Part shown: positions 1-13,200 of the stretch, piece after piece
How positions within the stretch are numbered: position 1 is the stretch's first letter
Layout of the letters: each line of letters begins with the position of its first letter
NCBI GenBank assembly: GCA_965644295.1
Contig: CBFFRP010000001.1
Location: 148,743 to 212,742, forward strand
Direction of reading: 5' to 3'
DNA from: Paraphysomonas bandaiensis
Taxonomy: Eukaryota; Protista; Chrysophyceae
DNA: 64,000 nt
Program-made: the position numbers and the translations under genes
Notes under the pieces: generated by a model
Database searches by the model: none
The model's input: only the letters and a program-made list of their open reading frames with translations
What the model was told of the DNA's origin: nothing

Positions 1-1050
1 TGTAATCGCCACAGATGTGTGAATCGAGTGGTTAGTCGGGGGCCGCGCTTCCCCCTAGAAGTTTTTCGCTGTGGGGATGAGCAACAGGACAAGGGCTGGG
101 GCGTACGCTCCACAGTTGATATTCCACCTGGTTCTTTTGTTGCAGATTATATTGGGGAAATTCTGGAGGAGAAAGAATGCGAAAATCGTGGGGTACGATA
201 CGGCGACGAATACCTTTTTACGTTAGACTCGTGGGGCCGTGCTACAGGCAATCAACGCCTGGAAGATCTTGGAATTTCCAGGGAGCAACAGCGGTGGCGC
301 CACACACATAGTGTTCAACTTACTCTTGCAACAAGCCCAAGCAAGCCCAACGGATCTGCGAAGCCAGATGAATTGTGTAGGAGGGAAAAGCTACCTATTG
401 ATCCTTTGCTTTGTGAAGTCGCCTCCATGTCCAGATCGGAAATACGTGAGTTGCTTGGATCAAAACTTTTTGATACCATCTGCCGGTCAAGTTCTGTCCT
501 TAAACGTAATGGTCGTTTGGTTTTGTGTGGTGGGCGGGGCACTGACGTAGAAGGGAAAGGCTCACTTGAGCCATACCTCCCAACATCTCCTCACTTCCGG
601 AGGAGATGGATGCAGATGTGGTCTGATGCCAGGGCAGTAGTCACCGACAGAGTGTTGAGTGAAACGGAGGGTCGACATGACACTTTTGCAATTGATGCAA
701 AGTAAGTATTTAAATGTAGAAATGTTTTTCCAGTGTGTCCTTACATGTAGATGTTGTAGATGGTGCGGAAATGTCGGGAGATTTCTGAACCATTCGTGTG
801 ATCCGAATTTAGAAAAAGTCAACGTTTTTGTTGATTCCCACGATGCGAGGGTTCCACGGTGGGTTTGATAGTAAATGTCGTATATTTTGAGTTAAATTAG
901 GTTTAATGTAGGGTTGCTTTTTTTGCAAATAGTTTGATTAAGGCTGGGACAGAGTTGTGCTATGACTACGGCTACTTTACTGGGTACGTTGAAGGAAAGC
1001 ACCGCACATGTTTATGTGGCGCTGCTAATTGTAGAAAGGAGATGTATTAA
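1..1050 (+). CDS. 3' part of a SUV39-family H3K9 methyltransferase with split (SETDB1-like) SET domain and post-SET; 5' end outside window
   Basis: KGWGVR...FVADYIGE...GDEYLFTLD, then a ~150-aa insert, then FAIDAK. Intron 702-759, then [16 protein letters not shown]. Intron 859-911, then VAFFA...ELCYDYGY...CLCGAANCR and TAA at 1048-1050. GT-AG splicing keeps the frame. Confidence 0.9.
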
Positions 1051-2172
1051 TGAAATAATAGTCACTTCCCTCAACGCCTTCAATGTTATTTTTACGTATT
1101 ATTATTGCACTTATCTGGTTACACGAAACAAAATAATGTAGAATGTTTTCACTGTTGTTTCCCACTTGATTTACATGACTATTCACTTCCTACATTAACG
1201 TTCTGCTTGCTCACTGCGTTTGCTTTGAGTGAAAGAGCGCAAGTTGATACGTTTTGGAGCTTAAGCATTGTCTCTAAAACGCCTTTGCTGATAATAATAC
1301 GTTCAGTACTAAAAGATATTGTGTGTGGTGCTACCTTAATATTACTAATTTGTAGGTTAATTAACAGACCATGAATCCTAATTACTATTTCTACACATCA
1401 TTATTGTAATATTGTAATGCTATATTAGTTCTGACTCTTAAATGTCTTTTGCTAATAATAAGACATTCAGTACTATCTTATAAATAGTATATAGTCATAC
1501 ATCCTTCCTTTGTAAGTATATTAACCTGTTACACCGTTGAGCTGATTTCACCTCTATTGTACACTATAAACTCACTTCAATTACACGAAATACATATCAC
1601 ATCATGCTGCAGAAATCATTTGCATAATGTCTATCACAACTCTACAACTACGACATTCTAGACTACTAATACTGCATATATATGTTTCTAAAGTTCGACA
1701 TGTCGTTGTGTTAGAACTAACTTTAGAGAGTCATATTGGTTTTGTACACATGCGCTAATAAAATATCCCAGAAGAGGTATGCAACATACTATGCATTCGA
1801 CTTTGACATGCCTAGGACTATGGACGTGCTATGCAATGTAGTATTTTAGTTGCATGGTGAAAACGGAGTTATAAGTAGTAGTATTTCATATTGTATAAAA
1901 TTATATTCTGCTTATATTTAAATCAGCTAGGGACATCTGCTAATATCGTGGTGTGATTCCTTCAATAGTCAATTCTATTCAATTCAACTGCATCGTTACC
2001 ATTTACCACAAGCAATCCCGCTATATATGTTCTTCATATAATCCAATCGCACTGCAGTAAGAAATAAGTCGAAAAATCAGCAGTATTTCTGAGAGTACGA
2101 CAATAAAATCTGTTCTTTGCATATATACTTCTATCGATGATAAGCCAAAATGTGGAGCCGATTCTGCATGCC

Positions 2173-2814
2173 TTAACTAACGGGGCATTTCCAAAAATTT
2201 CTCCACTCCAACTGTATGAAATCACACCATGCCTCGCGCATGTGTTCCGGAACATATTCTAGGGGTGTAGCCCCGCGATTGTCTGCCACAAAAACGAGCT
2301 GTGGATCCAGTCGCAGCAGCAGCTTCGCAATTTTAAATGAGTTTTCTCTTCGCCAGCAGAGATCATGTAGAGGAACTCGTCCGCAGTCGTCTGCTACCAG
2401 TTCCGCCCCATTCTCCAGAAGGAAAGTTATTGCCTCGAGTGAAGACCGCTTGCAAGCCAGGTGAAGTATGGACTCGCAGAACCGATTGCAGGCCGACATA
2501 ACGTACCCCTCGTTCATCAGTTGAGACAAACGATTTACATCTGAAGTTCGCACTGCAGATAATAGAGTGCTGTCGTAGCTACGGATTTGCTCATCACTCG
2601 GGTGTATGCGATACTTGGACTCGATTCCCGAATGAAAGATAGACACGTTGCCCTGACGGTTGAGAAGCATCTGCAGATAGATGAACGGGCACTCATACCC
2701 TAACATCGACCGCATATTGTGTCTCAGGGACTGTTCTTCACTGCCAATGAGTTGACTCTTGCCGTAACAGGAATCTAGTGGCAGATTCATATCATGGAGA
2801 CGCTGTGAGGTCAT
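2173..2814 (-). CDS. Ankyrin-repeat protein, single exon
   Basis: Ankyrin motifs NRFCESILHLACKR, DDCGRVPLHDLC, DNRGATPLEY. Confidence 0.8.
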   Translation of the reverse strand: MTSQRLHDMNLPLDSCYGKSQLIGSEEQSLRHNMRSMLGYECPFIYLQMLLNRQGNVSIFHSGIESKYRIHPSDEQIRSYDSTLLSAVRTSDVNRLSQLMNEGYVMSACNRFCESILHLACKRSSLEAITFLLENGAELVADDCGRVPLHDLCWRRENSFKIAKLLLRLDPQLVFVADNRGATPLEYVPEHMREAWCDFIQLEWRNFWKCPVS

Positions 2815-3595
2815 ATCTAATTATCAACCCCCTAATAGAGGCCGTACATAACAGTTTACTCGTTGCAGGTAAGAGTAGTGCGGTGAGTGTCATCATATGC
2901 AGGTTCGTGTGCGTGGTAAGATGCATGATATTCCGGCTCTATCAGTCCACGTCCATCTCTGAGTCAGTAATGACGTATTCGGCCCATGCGGAACGACTTC
3001 GTGTCAACTGGATATGATACACTGCTGTATATATACGTGTAGTTCACACCCCTACAGCTGTATCTAGAAACTCCAGAAATGCAGGAATTCTTGCAGCAGA
3101 AGATCCTTCTCCGTACTGGTGTACATGTAGAGATGGACGTCAGGTCAACCCATGGTGTGAGTGTACTCTGTACACTAATAACAAAGCAACACATTCAGAT
3201 ACCCCATTATGCGCTGTCTGTTGTCGCTGTAGTAACACTTTCTGGTGGTGTGAATGCTGTGGACTCTTGTCGACTATGTGTCCTCATCCGACCACCAGAG
3301 AGTGATATCACACCGCTGCCCATTCATGTCAGTGCGTACATACTGTCCATGCACATCAGCTGAATGTGTGAAACATATACACTTAGTTATTATGCACTGG
3401 CGCTAGAGAACACTTCGTGTGGGACTCTTTACCATTAGATGCTTATTGCTGGGAAGCATTTCTTGTAAAAAATCCGTTGGGACATAAATATTTCTATCGT
3501 ATGGTGATCTTACATACGTCAATATATATATATCTGCTTTATTGCAACTTCAAAATTACTTCTTTCACAATATTATATATATATATATATGCATT

Positions 3596-4110
3596 TCAAT
3601 ATATTGTAAAATAAATTGATTAGTGGACCGGACAAAATTTCCATCAATATTGTTTTCGTTAAAGTAGCTCGCAATATATTGCAATCAATATTTTGATTGT
3701 CATATACCGAGAGCTTCTTAACTGTAGGGTGCAAAATATGAGTCCATATATATAAATTATGAAGCAATACAGAGGATAATGAAGCTAATGTTGGCTATGC
3801 GGAAGTATATATTTAGTCAATTAAGAAACGAAAAATTAAAATATCTAAGTACAATGTGCACGAGTCATGTTGTATGTACTTCCGATCCGATAAATGTAAA
3901 CGCCTGTTCAGCGCAGCAAACCCTATTTTATTAGCGTTGCGGAAACGTATCATACCACTTTTAATATGATGATGTTTCTGAAAGCAAATCGACAATTGCG
4001 GCCGGATGCATGCATATTCAATCTACGGATGTGTTTTCTTACTAATCAATGATGCTGCTACATTGTAATAGTATGTTGGGCCGGTTCTAAAATTGCAATA
4101 TATTGTTTCA
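3596..4110 (+). mobile_element. Degraded non-autonomous hAT element (CAATATATTG family)
   Basis: Colinear similarity to the TSD-bounded element at 51463-52624. Remnant of the hAT C-terminal dimerisation motif (RLFSAA...MFLKANRQL) at ~3900-4005. Ends approximate. Confidence 0.7.
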
Positions 4111-4867
4111 TTGTTACCGAACCATGGTGTATATGATAACATGATAACCGAGTTTTGTGTATGTATGTTGTATGTATGCCGCATTATGTCATCGTAACAG
4201 ATATAATATTGAGTTTCATAGACTGCTTGGAATGCCAGAACAATTATAAGCTAGTAAGAATCAGTAGTTTGCGTTGCATTAAAATGGCAAGGCATTAAAA
4301 TTGAGAGATAAATCTGGATGCGACACTTCGTATGTACAATAAAAGAGTAAACTTCCTCGATAAATAGTTGTATAAATTATCCATTCGTTCGTCGTACAGG
4401 TATCGTTCGAGAGTATACTGTTTTATTATTACCAACCAGTTTACAAGGCATACTTCTCAGACACAAAATTACGTAAAATTTCTATCATCTTAATATATCA
4501 TCGAAGGACACCTTTGATACAAAAGTAATCAAAAAGTATATTATGTCATTCACCAGATCTCAAGAACTGGAAACTTGCATAATCGACAGCGCTTCCACCA
4601 CTGGGCTCAATGAAGGTTTCGCACACATTAGATTGTATCACATAGTTCTATCAACTGGGCATCACCACACTACTAGCCTCATAACTATCAACTTCCCCAT
4701 AACTTCAAGATAGAGCTGCGCATACTACTCCATATCGTTGCCTAACTCAATGAGACTGAAAGAGATACCACGACTCCTTTATGGCTTGCCAACGCGTGTA
4801 ACAAAATGAGTGAGATTTACACAATCAAAGAATAAGTGTATGTAATGTTAGCACCCGCAGGTACGGT

Positions 4868-5092
4868 TCAAGACTCCGGCTCCGCTAAACACTGTACAAT
4901 TTTCCTCTTATTTTCTCGCTGCTGGCAACAGCATTTGTATAGCAGAATAAGTAGGACGAAAATAATTATGACGATGAAAGCTAGAACAAAAATAGATATC
5001 TGAGGAGGTGAATCGTCACCTTCTGGCGCTGTTGGTGACAATGTCGGAGAGTTGAGAAGCTTTCTAGATCTGATACAACCATGCCCACTCAT
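4868..5092 (-). CDS. Possible exon of a small single-pass membrane protein
   Basis: Hydrophobic run IFVLAFIVIIIFVLLILLY followed by KCCCQQRENKRK (typical basic/Cys cytosolic stop-transfer); candidate intron upstream (~5097-5152). Full gene model not resolved. Confidence 0.4.
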   Translation of the reverse strand: MSGHGCIRSRKLLNSPTLSPTAPEGDDSPPQISIFVLAFIVIIIFVLLILLYKCCCQQRENKRKIVQCLAEPES

Positions 5093-5635
5093 TTCCCTCT
5101 GTAAAGGAAATTCAATTTACGAAATAGGAACAATACACCCTTGAAAAATTACCACATGCAGGTAAAGCATAAAAAGTGCAACTGACTGGTATTCATTATC
5201 TCGCTATTCATAAAATTTAATGCCATCTTGCTACTTCGTTTGTGGTGTGCGGAACAATAACACTCTGTGCAGCTAGCTAGCTGTACTGTACTGGACGAAA
5301 CGGTTACTTGATGTTGACTAGACCTCCGTATACTGTAATATACGGTACAAGTGTGCTTATAGTGGACACTGCTATATACCGGTATATATACCGTATACTG
5401 TTGTATATGGAATATGGGGTCCTATTTGTCGAGAAGTACGAAGTTTTTTTACGTATTATTTTCTGTATACATGCGTATTCCTATCATGATAATATGTATG
5501 TACATGTACACCATCCGCATGGCTGGCCGGCAGATTAATGTATGCGTTAGCTAAGTCACTTGCATGGCACCTCATCATTTGGAGTGTTCGTTGTTGCTTA
5601 CTTAAGTGTGGCAACGGACTTTTTTCTCAGTTCAG

Positions 5636-7228
5636 ATGTTGGGTTGTAGGGTGCATAACTTCACCCGCTACACTCTTAGGGATACATGCAGGTCTATTGC
5701 TGCTCCTCGCCGCTTCCTATCGAAACATCGTGTACTCTTCCGAAAATTCAGCTCATCATTCCGGAATATAGACAGAAATGAAGTATTTCACTTGCTGGGG
5801 CTGACTTCTCTGAGTTCAGATGATATTCAAAAATGTTTCGATCGATATAAAGCTCCAGACGGAAATTTAGATATATCTGAAGTCAGACGAAGTTTGGCCA
5901 CCAGCCGAACTCTTTCTACTAAAGAAATTGATGAGGTTGTAAATGAATTATTTGTTAAGCACAACAATACCATATCGGATGTGCAGTTTGATATCATTGT
6001 TAAAGGGATGGCAAAGAAGTTTGATACCCGAGTTTGGCCTATCGCACTCTCTTTCGTCCTAACTGGTATAAGTGTTGGTGTCATTGTCCCTTGCATGCCA
6101 ATTCTTGTAAATGAAATCAATATGCCGTCATATCAGTTTGGGATGGTGGTATCGTCATTTGGAATTGCAAAGCTGTTTGGAAATATTCCCTCAAGTCATT
6201 TTGTCAGTGCGAATGGAAGGAAGCCATTGATCACTGCCGGTTTAGGAATTACTGCGGTGGGTATAGGTGGCCTAGGTGCTGGTCTTATTCCTGGTTTGGG
6301 ATTTCCATGGATATTTTGCTGCCGCCTTTTAACTGGTATTGGAGTCTCGGCTATTACAACTGGAGGACAAATGTATCTGGCTGATATCTCCACGCGACTT
6401 AATCGAGTGCAAACTATGACACCTGTAATGATGGGTTTTCAGGCAGGAATGTCATTGGGCCCTGCTATTGGTGGCAGTATGATAGAAACAATAGGTGTTG
6501 GTCCAACGTATTACACCGTTGGAGGACTAATTTTAGGTGTTGCGGCCCTGAACATGCACATACTATCGGAAACTTTGCGGACGCCACAAGTGAGTGTGCC
6601 AAAACCAAAATTAAAAGATGCGTTTTCAACTTCTGTGGCATCATGGAAACGTATTGTTAGGCAATATACTGATCTAAACCAAATTCTTCTAGTCAATACA
6701 GCGTACTGGACAGCGTTATCGGGAATACAGATGACTGCGCTTCCTATGTTTATGGTTGGCTCCAATCTATCCTTAGGCCCAAGTGAAATAGGTTTTTGCT
6801 TCGCGAGTATGGCAGTGACATCCGTCGCTATGTCACAACCTCTTGCCTATATCGCTGATAGATATAGCAAAAAGTACTTGATGCTTGTGGGTTGCGGGCT
6901 CATATCATCATCGTCGATGCTTCTACCGTTTGCATCATCCGTCGATAGTTTAATGATTTCGTTGCTCCCTCTTGCTTTGGGGTCAACAATTATGCAAAAT
7001 GTTCCCACTGCATATGTGGTCAATATTTGTCATGAAGATGACAAGGTTCAAGCGACTAATTTGCTTCGTACTTTAGGGGATGTGGGCTTAATAGTTGGTG
7101 GCACAACTTCTGGAGTATTAGCAGCAGTGCTTCCCTTAGATGCTGTAATTCAAACTCAAGGACTACTACTTTTAGCTACTACGGCGTATATATGGTGCAA
7201 TAGCTACCAGCAAATTTTTCGGTTATAG
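5636..7228 (+). CDS. MFS transporter (DHA1-like) with Arg/Ser-rich N-terminal presequence and a degenerate EF-hand pair
   Basis: Intronless ORF, first ATG at 5636. About 12 hydrophobic segments with MFS motif-A-like loops (SANGRKP; ADRYSKK). N-terminal FDRYKAPDGNLDISE and EIDEVVNELFVKHNNTISDVQF helix-loop-helix pair. Confidence 0.85.
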   Translation: MLGCRVHNFTRYTLRDTCRSIAAPRRFLSKHRVLFRKFSSSFRNIDRNEVFHLLGLTSLSSDDIQKCFDRYKAPDGNLDISEVRRSLATSRTLSTKEIDEVVNELFVKHNNTISDVQFDIIVKGMAKKFDTRVWPIALSFVLTGISVGVIVPCMPILVNEINMPSYQFGMVVSSFGIAKLFGNIPSSHFVSANGRKPLITAGLGITAVGIGGLGAGLIPGLGFPWIFCCRLLTGIGVSAITTGGQMYLADISTRLNRVQTMTPVMMGFQAGMSLGPAIGGSMIETIGVGPTYYTVGGLILGVAALNMHILSETLRTPQVSVPKPKLKDAFSTSVASWKRIVRQYTDLNQILLVNTAYWTALSGIQMTALPMFMVGSNLSLGPSEIGFCFASMAVTSVAMSQPLAYIADRYSKKYLMLVGCGLISSSSMLLPFASSVDSLMISLLPLALGSTIMQNVPTAYVVNICHEDDKVQATNLLRTLGDVGLIVGGTTSGVLAAVLPLDAVIQTQGLLLLATTAYIWCNSYQQIFRL

Positions 7229-7599
7229 TATACTGCAACTTCTTTGATATATGTAATAAGCACTCTAGTATCGTACTTTGTACTCTGATTTCAAGGAATT
7301 TAAAAGCTGTATTTCAAGGAGTTTAAATTATATATGTAACTTGAAGAATACAGTAGTGATTAACAGTATTATGGGAACTAATGTCATAGTAGTATTTATA
7401 TGAATATCTGATTATTACATGAGAACGGTTGTGTACAGAAACTAGTTTTACATCTATAGACTAACTAGTAGCTGGACTTGCTATATGCGACTAGTAGAAG
7501 TATTTATATTAGTGAAACTGATATATATTGACTGTCAAAGATCGTATGAACATGATTGGTAGTTGGGATGATAAGAATTTGGCGATTATTAACAATTAA

Positions 7600-7850
7600 C
7601 AATGAATTATAGGAGTAAATATTCTTCAAGTAGCGATACATAGTTGTTTTCTTCTTGCTGCGCTTGGTGTCTTCTCGTCAGAGAGTCGACACCATCATCT
7701 TCATTTTCCTCTTCTTCATGAGTTCTGTCCAACCATCTCATGAACTAGGCCAAATGAATTGCGCAACATTTCTTTCACTCTCTTTTCAACTTGCTGCGCC
7801 AAAGCATCCAGATATTTTATTATTCTACTTCTTGATATTGGCTTCAGATT
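7600..7850 (-). pseudogene. hAT transposase fragment
   Basis: Minus strand reads KYLDALAQQVEKRVKEMLRNSFGLV..DGWT (region of the first catalytic Asp of hAT transposases), broken by frameshift. Confidence 0.5.
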
Positions 7851-8097
7851 GATACACACACTACTGTAAACTGTAAATTATAAAATTATATAATCAAGTA
7901 TAATGTTTCAAACTAGAATAAGTATGTGTTTAAATTTATCCATGACCAAAACTCTAAATATCCATGATTTCGACGGCAGAAAAACAGTTCAAAGCGTTGA
8001 TAATACCATGCACATACCACTGTGCACGTCTGGTTTGTAGTGATCTTCAATAATCCTGCAGTATCGTGTATAAGGCATGATATGTAAGATTATTACA

Positions 8098-9057
8098 ATT
8101 CAGAAGTGGAGAATACGGAATACGTAGCTAGCCGAGTTCCTATGAACTTGGCTTATGGCATACAACCCACGAGAGTACTGTGCAGTAGTTAAAGTCTTAT
8201 GTATAAGTAGTTTGATGAAAACTAGCAGGGCCAGGTAAAAATATATTGGATTGCAATATATTGCAATTATTTATTTATGCGTGCTACAATATATTGATTA
8301 TTATTTAAGCATGCTAGTGCGTCTTAGAAAATATATTTGGTTAATCATTAACGACTCTTTATAATCGCATAACTCATTATTGCTGGCAATATATTGCAAT
8401 ATATTGATGTCATCCCCTGAAAACTAGTCAAGCTAGATATACTTCTACTTTCTACCTGTAACTAAAACTAGTACAAATTCACATATCCTACTATGTAACG
8501 CTACAAAAGTTGCCTGTGCGTCGCCGCAAGCACCAAGGTGCGACCACTTTCGTCCTTGTATGTGAGAGAAAAGATCTCTTGTATGTGAACGTGAGTCCGT
8601 GAAGCGCAGATGCAGAGAGGCGTTCCTTGGGGTAAGGATCTGCAGGGCTCTGGGAAGGCACATGGTTCTGAATTAGTGAGTCGAGTGTTTCTAGCTTGAG
8701 ATACATGGGCGAGGGGGTGGGTTGGGACTCCGGCGTATCTGGAGATGGCGCGGGCTACGAGTTGGGCCTGGGGTGAACGGGGTATTGGGCTACCTGCTGC
8801 TGAAGTCAAGCATTCAGGCTGTTCACCTTAAGGATTAAAAATCCTGAAGTTAGCAGATTTTAGGTATATCAGCATTCTGCTTGCTTACTGAGTGATAGAG
8901 CGAACGTGGTTGCACCTTGGCGCTTGCCGTGACGCACAAGCAGCTTTTGTAGCGTTAAATAGTAGGATATCAGAGCTAAGTACTAGTTAGTTAATTTTCA
9001 ATGTTACATTAGTTCTGACTCTTACACGCCTATTGCTAATAATAAGACATCACTACT
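8098..9057 (-). mobile_element. Hairpin-ITR repeat family, copy 1 (non-autonomous)
   Basis: Inner inverted repeats ~8483-8547 and ~8906-8970. Reverse complement of 14343-15056. Outer end motif CGCCTATTGCTAATAATAAGACATC at ~9027-9051. Confidence 0.85.
8226..8419. mobile_element. hAT-type MITE (194 bp) inserted in ITR-family copy 1
   Basis: CAGGG...CCCTG ends; 8-bp TSD AAAACTAG at 8218-8225 and 8420-8427; CAATATATTG subterminal repeats; empty site in the paralogous copy at ~14935-14942. Confidence 0.92.
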
Positions 9058-10230
9058 TCTATGACTTTTGAACATTTTGTTCGATTAGATTGCTGAAGAA
9101 GCGTTATGCCGTTAGACTAGATGGATTATTATTTTAAATAGGCAATTGTGCGTTGTCATGATGTCAACAATATATGCAACAGTTGGATTTTCTGAACACA
9201 AGAATAGGTGCATTTTTTGATCAATATGGTAAAATGCAAGCGTTGCAGTATATGTAGTACGAAACTACTGTATATACCAACATTAAGCTCGATAGGGCTA
9301 ATGACTTATGTATGGTAATGTACACTACATCCAACACGCTGTCCAGTAGAGAACACAGGAACTGCACGAGTGTTTACTCACACCTTAGTAGGCTCTTCAA
9401 CATACTTCCACACAATAGAGCAGACACTGCTCGAGAGGACAATACAGTGACTTTGTTGGCGCTAATAACATATATAAGAAATAATGTACTACAACATTCA
9501 TGTCAATACACCACCTGAAAAGCAGTTGACGGATCTCAATAATAATTAGATGATGACTGCACGAGCATCACTTATCGTGTTCGGCGAAAGCTGGTACCTG
9601 TAATGCGGTTGCGCAGCTTTATACCATTACAGGCTGGTACATATAACACATACAGCACAACTATTAGCATATTAATTCAATAACAAGTTTCACTATACCA
9701 AACGGTACATGAAGCCTGGTGGACTATATCTACCATTACAGGTTTAGTCGCAACGACATTGAATCAACCTCTGTGTCTCGAACTGGAGGACCGAGTAGAA
9801 CTGAAGTATGTTATAATGAAGCGTATTAAACAAGTACATCAGTCTACAAGCATGGCTGTAGAATATCAGAAAAATGCTTGCATAAAACAAAAACTGGGAA
9901 ATCCATGTATGTACTGTTCGTTTAGGGGCTGAAAATAGGATTTCTACTTCGTTCGTAGGACATGGTATTTTTCGTAGTCCAGCTTTTTGAAAAAGTCAGG
10001 TTTCTGTTTTGTGGAACATATCCACAAAAGTGTATCATTTCCGTTTTTGGTTTGTGCGACACACTGCAGTGGCAGCAGCACACTGTATTTAATAGTAAAG
10101 TATAGCATTTCGCAGGCAGCTAACTTATTATTAACGTCTTTGAAATTCTGCCTGTCGTATACTTTTCCTTGACAATTTCATCCTCATATAGAAATAGATA
10201 TTACGAAGAGAGCCCGACTGTGTGGTGATT

Positions 10231-13200
10231 ATGTCCGGCTCCAATGATAAGTCCACCCGTGGGCCATGGCTACATGCTTGGTACGATCCTCTAGCGGGTA
10301 TAAAGACGCTGACCCCTCTGGTGCGTCTAGGTGATCTTAATTCGGTGGGAATCTCTGTATAGCCAATCAAACGATATAATATATATTCGACTATTAGGAT
10401 GGTGATAATAAGCTTTTGATATGCGACATCGATAAGAAACTCAAAGTCTACAAGGGCACTGCTCTGATAGTGGAGCATGCGTTACTGGACAGCCCAGTCT
10501 CTATGTGCGTTACATACACTGAAAATGTTTCGGTAAGTATTATGGATTGACCTTTCGCTTGTCGAATACTTATGGTCAACAGCCTCAGATCCCCTCGGTG
10601 GCAGTCGCAGCCGGGTCACATATATTTATTTACCGACATTTGAGACCGTACAGAAAGGTAAATAAGTTTCAAAGTATATATGACTTTTGTTGGTTTATTC
10701 ATGTCTACAGTGGAGCTGTCCGCCTGTGGATATCAGCGAAATGGAAACCAATATATGGGAAGACCTCAGGTACACGTTGGCATCCTGGTTTCGATAGTGA
10801 ATTCATTTATGTGCTTGTAACGTACGGTATACAGATCGGATAAGATAACCCCAACTGAAGCCCTGGCAGCTCTCTCTCAGGCGAGAGACAATGGCGTGAA
10901 ACTCTCCTCTCACTCCCTTGACCTCATCATGATTGAGGTATGTCGTAATATTGTAGTATGTAATTGTATCCGTTTGTGGCTCACGCCCTGTATCTGCGTT
11001 CAATGAGTATGTGCCTTCAATACATTGATGAAATTCGTGTTCATGTGACGTAGAACGAGGGAAAGCTGTTGGAGTATGTGAATGAAACGAAGTTCCTACA
11101 GCTCTCTCAGCAGACACTAATTACTTGCATGGAGGTACGTGCACCAATACAGTCAGTGTATTCGAACTTGTAGTTATTTCGAGTTGAAATGCATTCACAC
11201 ATCACTTTTTTTGCTCATGAGAAGGCATGTGTCACTTTTTATTATAGGTGATCAAGAAGGACTCGGACGATGAGGATGCTGTCAGCCTTCTTGTCGTAGG
11301 GACAGAGAATGGTGTCGTTTATATTCTTCCCACAGGTATCTCAACTTGTGCTGCTGCATGTACAATGTCTAAGTGTCTGTATAGATCCTGCTGGATCAAC
11401 CTACATTTGCAAGATTCAACTTCAGAGTACCCCCGTCATCCTTAACGTATCTGGACTCTTTGATACTGAATGGAGGTAAAAGATATTAGCCCACTCACCT
11501 CATCACTTTATCATGTCCACTTGATCTGGTTATTGTATTCATTTCTTTCTTTTGTGCTCAGAATCATAGCTGCATGTCGGGATGGTAAGGTTTACAACAT
11601 AAAGGACGGCGATATACGTGGTACGGCAGTGCTGACTGGCAATGTAATCGATGCTGGTAGTCAGGTGGTAGCTTTGGCTAAGCAAGATAAGGTACAATGA
11701 TACCATTCGGTACACCTGCTGTATATGAGTCTGACTACACTTTCAGCTCATATGGGTGGCTACAATGGACAGAACCATATCATGCTACACGATTAGGTGA
11801 GCAACTCTGGTTAGTACAATTGTTTACTAAAGCTTTCTGTCATAGAGGCAAGAGGGCATCTGGCATCCAGATTCAAGATGATGACATTGTTGATATGATC
11901 GTTCTCAATGTTCGCCGCATGCAGATATCCTGTGCCCTGTTAGTGGCCCTTGCCTCGGGAGAGGTATGAGATCGTTGAATAGGAATGTCGTGTAACATTG
12001 CACAGATAAGGATGTACCATGACAACAAAATACTTCATAAGTTCAGCGTAGAGAAGCCTGTTTTAGCAATGCGGTTTGGAGTATATGGCAGGGAGGTGAG
12101 AGTATTATAGATCGTGTTCATGTCGATACATACTGTCTGAGACCCTAATTTTTACCACGTTAATGCGAACAGGACAACTCTTTGGCGATAGTGCACGGCA
12201 AGGGTGCTATCACCATTAAGATAATGCGTAGATCGGTAGGGCGAAGTATTATGAAAAGTGAAGCTGATGTGGCTCATGCGTCTAATTTAAGGCTGATATG
12301 GAGGCCAATGGTGGTCTGAGTGCAGCTACAGGACCCCCATCAGAACAAGACGTGCCCTTGCAAATACCGAAGTATGCACATACACAATACTTCACTTTAT
12401 CTTATTGTTCAATACAACTTATCTAGGAAGACGAAGTTGTTCGTGGAACAGACTCAGAGAGAGATGGAGCAGGTTGATGAGTAATACAAATTTGTGCAAA
12501 TCATCACTGGTGTAGACAGTATCATTTTGTTCATATATATTAGACGATTATTTACATCAAGCGTGCTTATTACGTAGGCATGTGATATCCACAAGGCTTT
12601 TCAGCGTGATCTCTGTAAGATGCGGTTGGAGACGGCTCGGGCGTACGTCAAAACGCTCACCACTGATGGACTCTCCCCATTGGTATCAAATGTGTTGCTA
12701 TATATGAAGCACCTTTGTCTACTAATGTGACATTCTATGCTACTTTTCTAAGTCATAGACTAAATTATGGATACATCTATACTATTGTCTGTTATTGGTG
12801 AGAACTATATGCATTAACTTATCAACAGGGTGGTGGAACTGGGACTGGAGGCAATGGCCAGGAGGTTAGAATTAGCGCACAAGTGAAAGGGTGAGAGCCG
12901 GCTTGTATGTCTGCTAATACGTTGTGTGAGGGGTTTGGTATTGAGTATTGTTGGTGACATGTTTTAAACGAAAGTTTTTGTCATCAATACGTATTAATAT
13001 ATATTCTTCATTCGGTCAGATTGGGACCACGGTTTCTACTGTGCATATATCTCCAAAATGTTGGGCACACTCCGGTTATGGGGGTAGGTTTTCATGTGTA
13101 TCCGATGTCTTTGTGTACTCACTTGTACTATGACCATCCACCGCTTTCATAGTTACGACTCATGTTCAACTACGACTCCACCTTATATTCCTGTGGGTAC

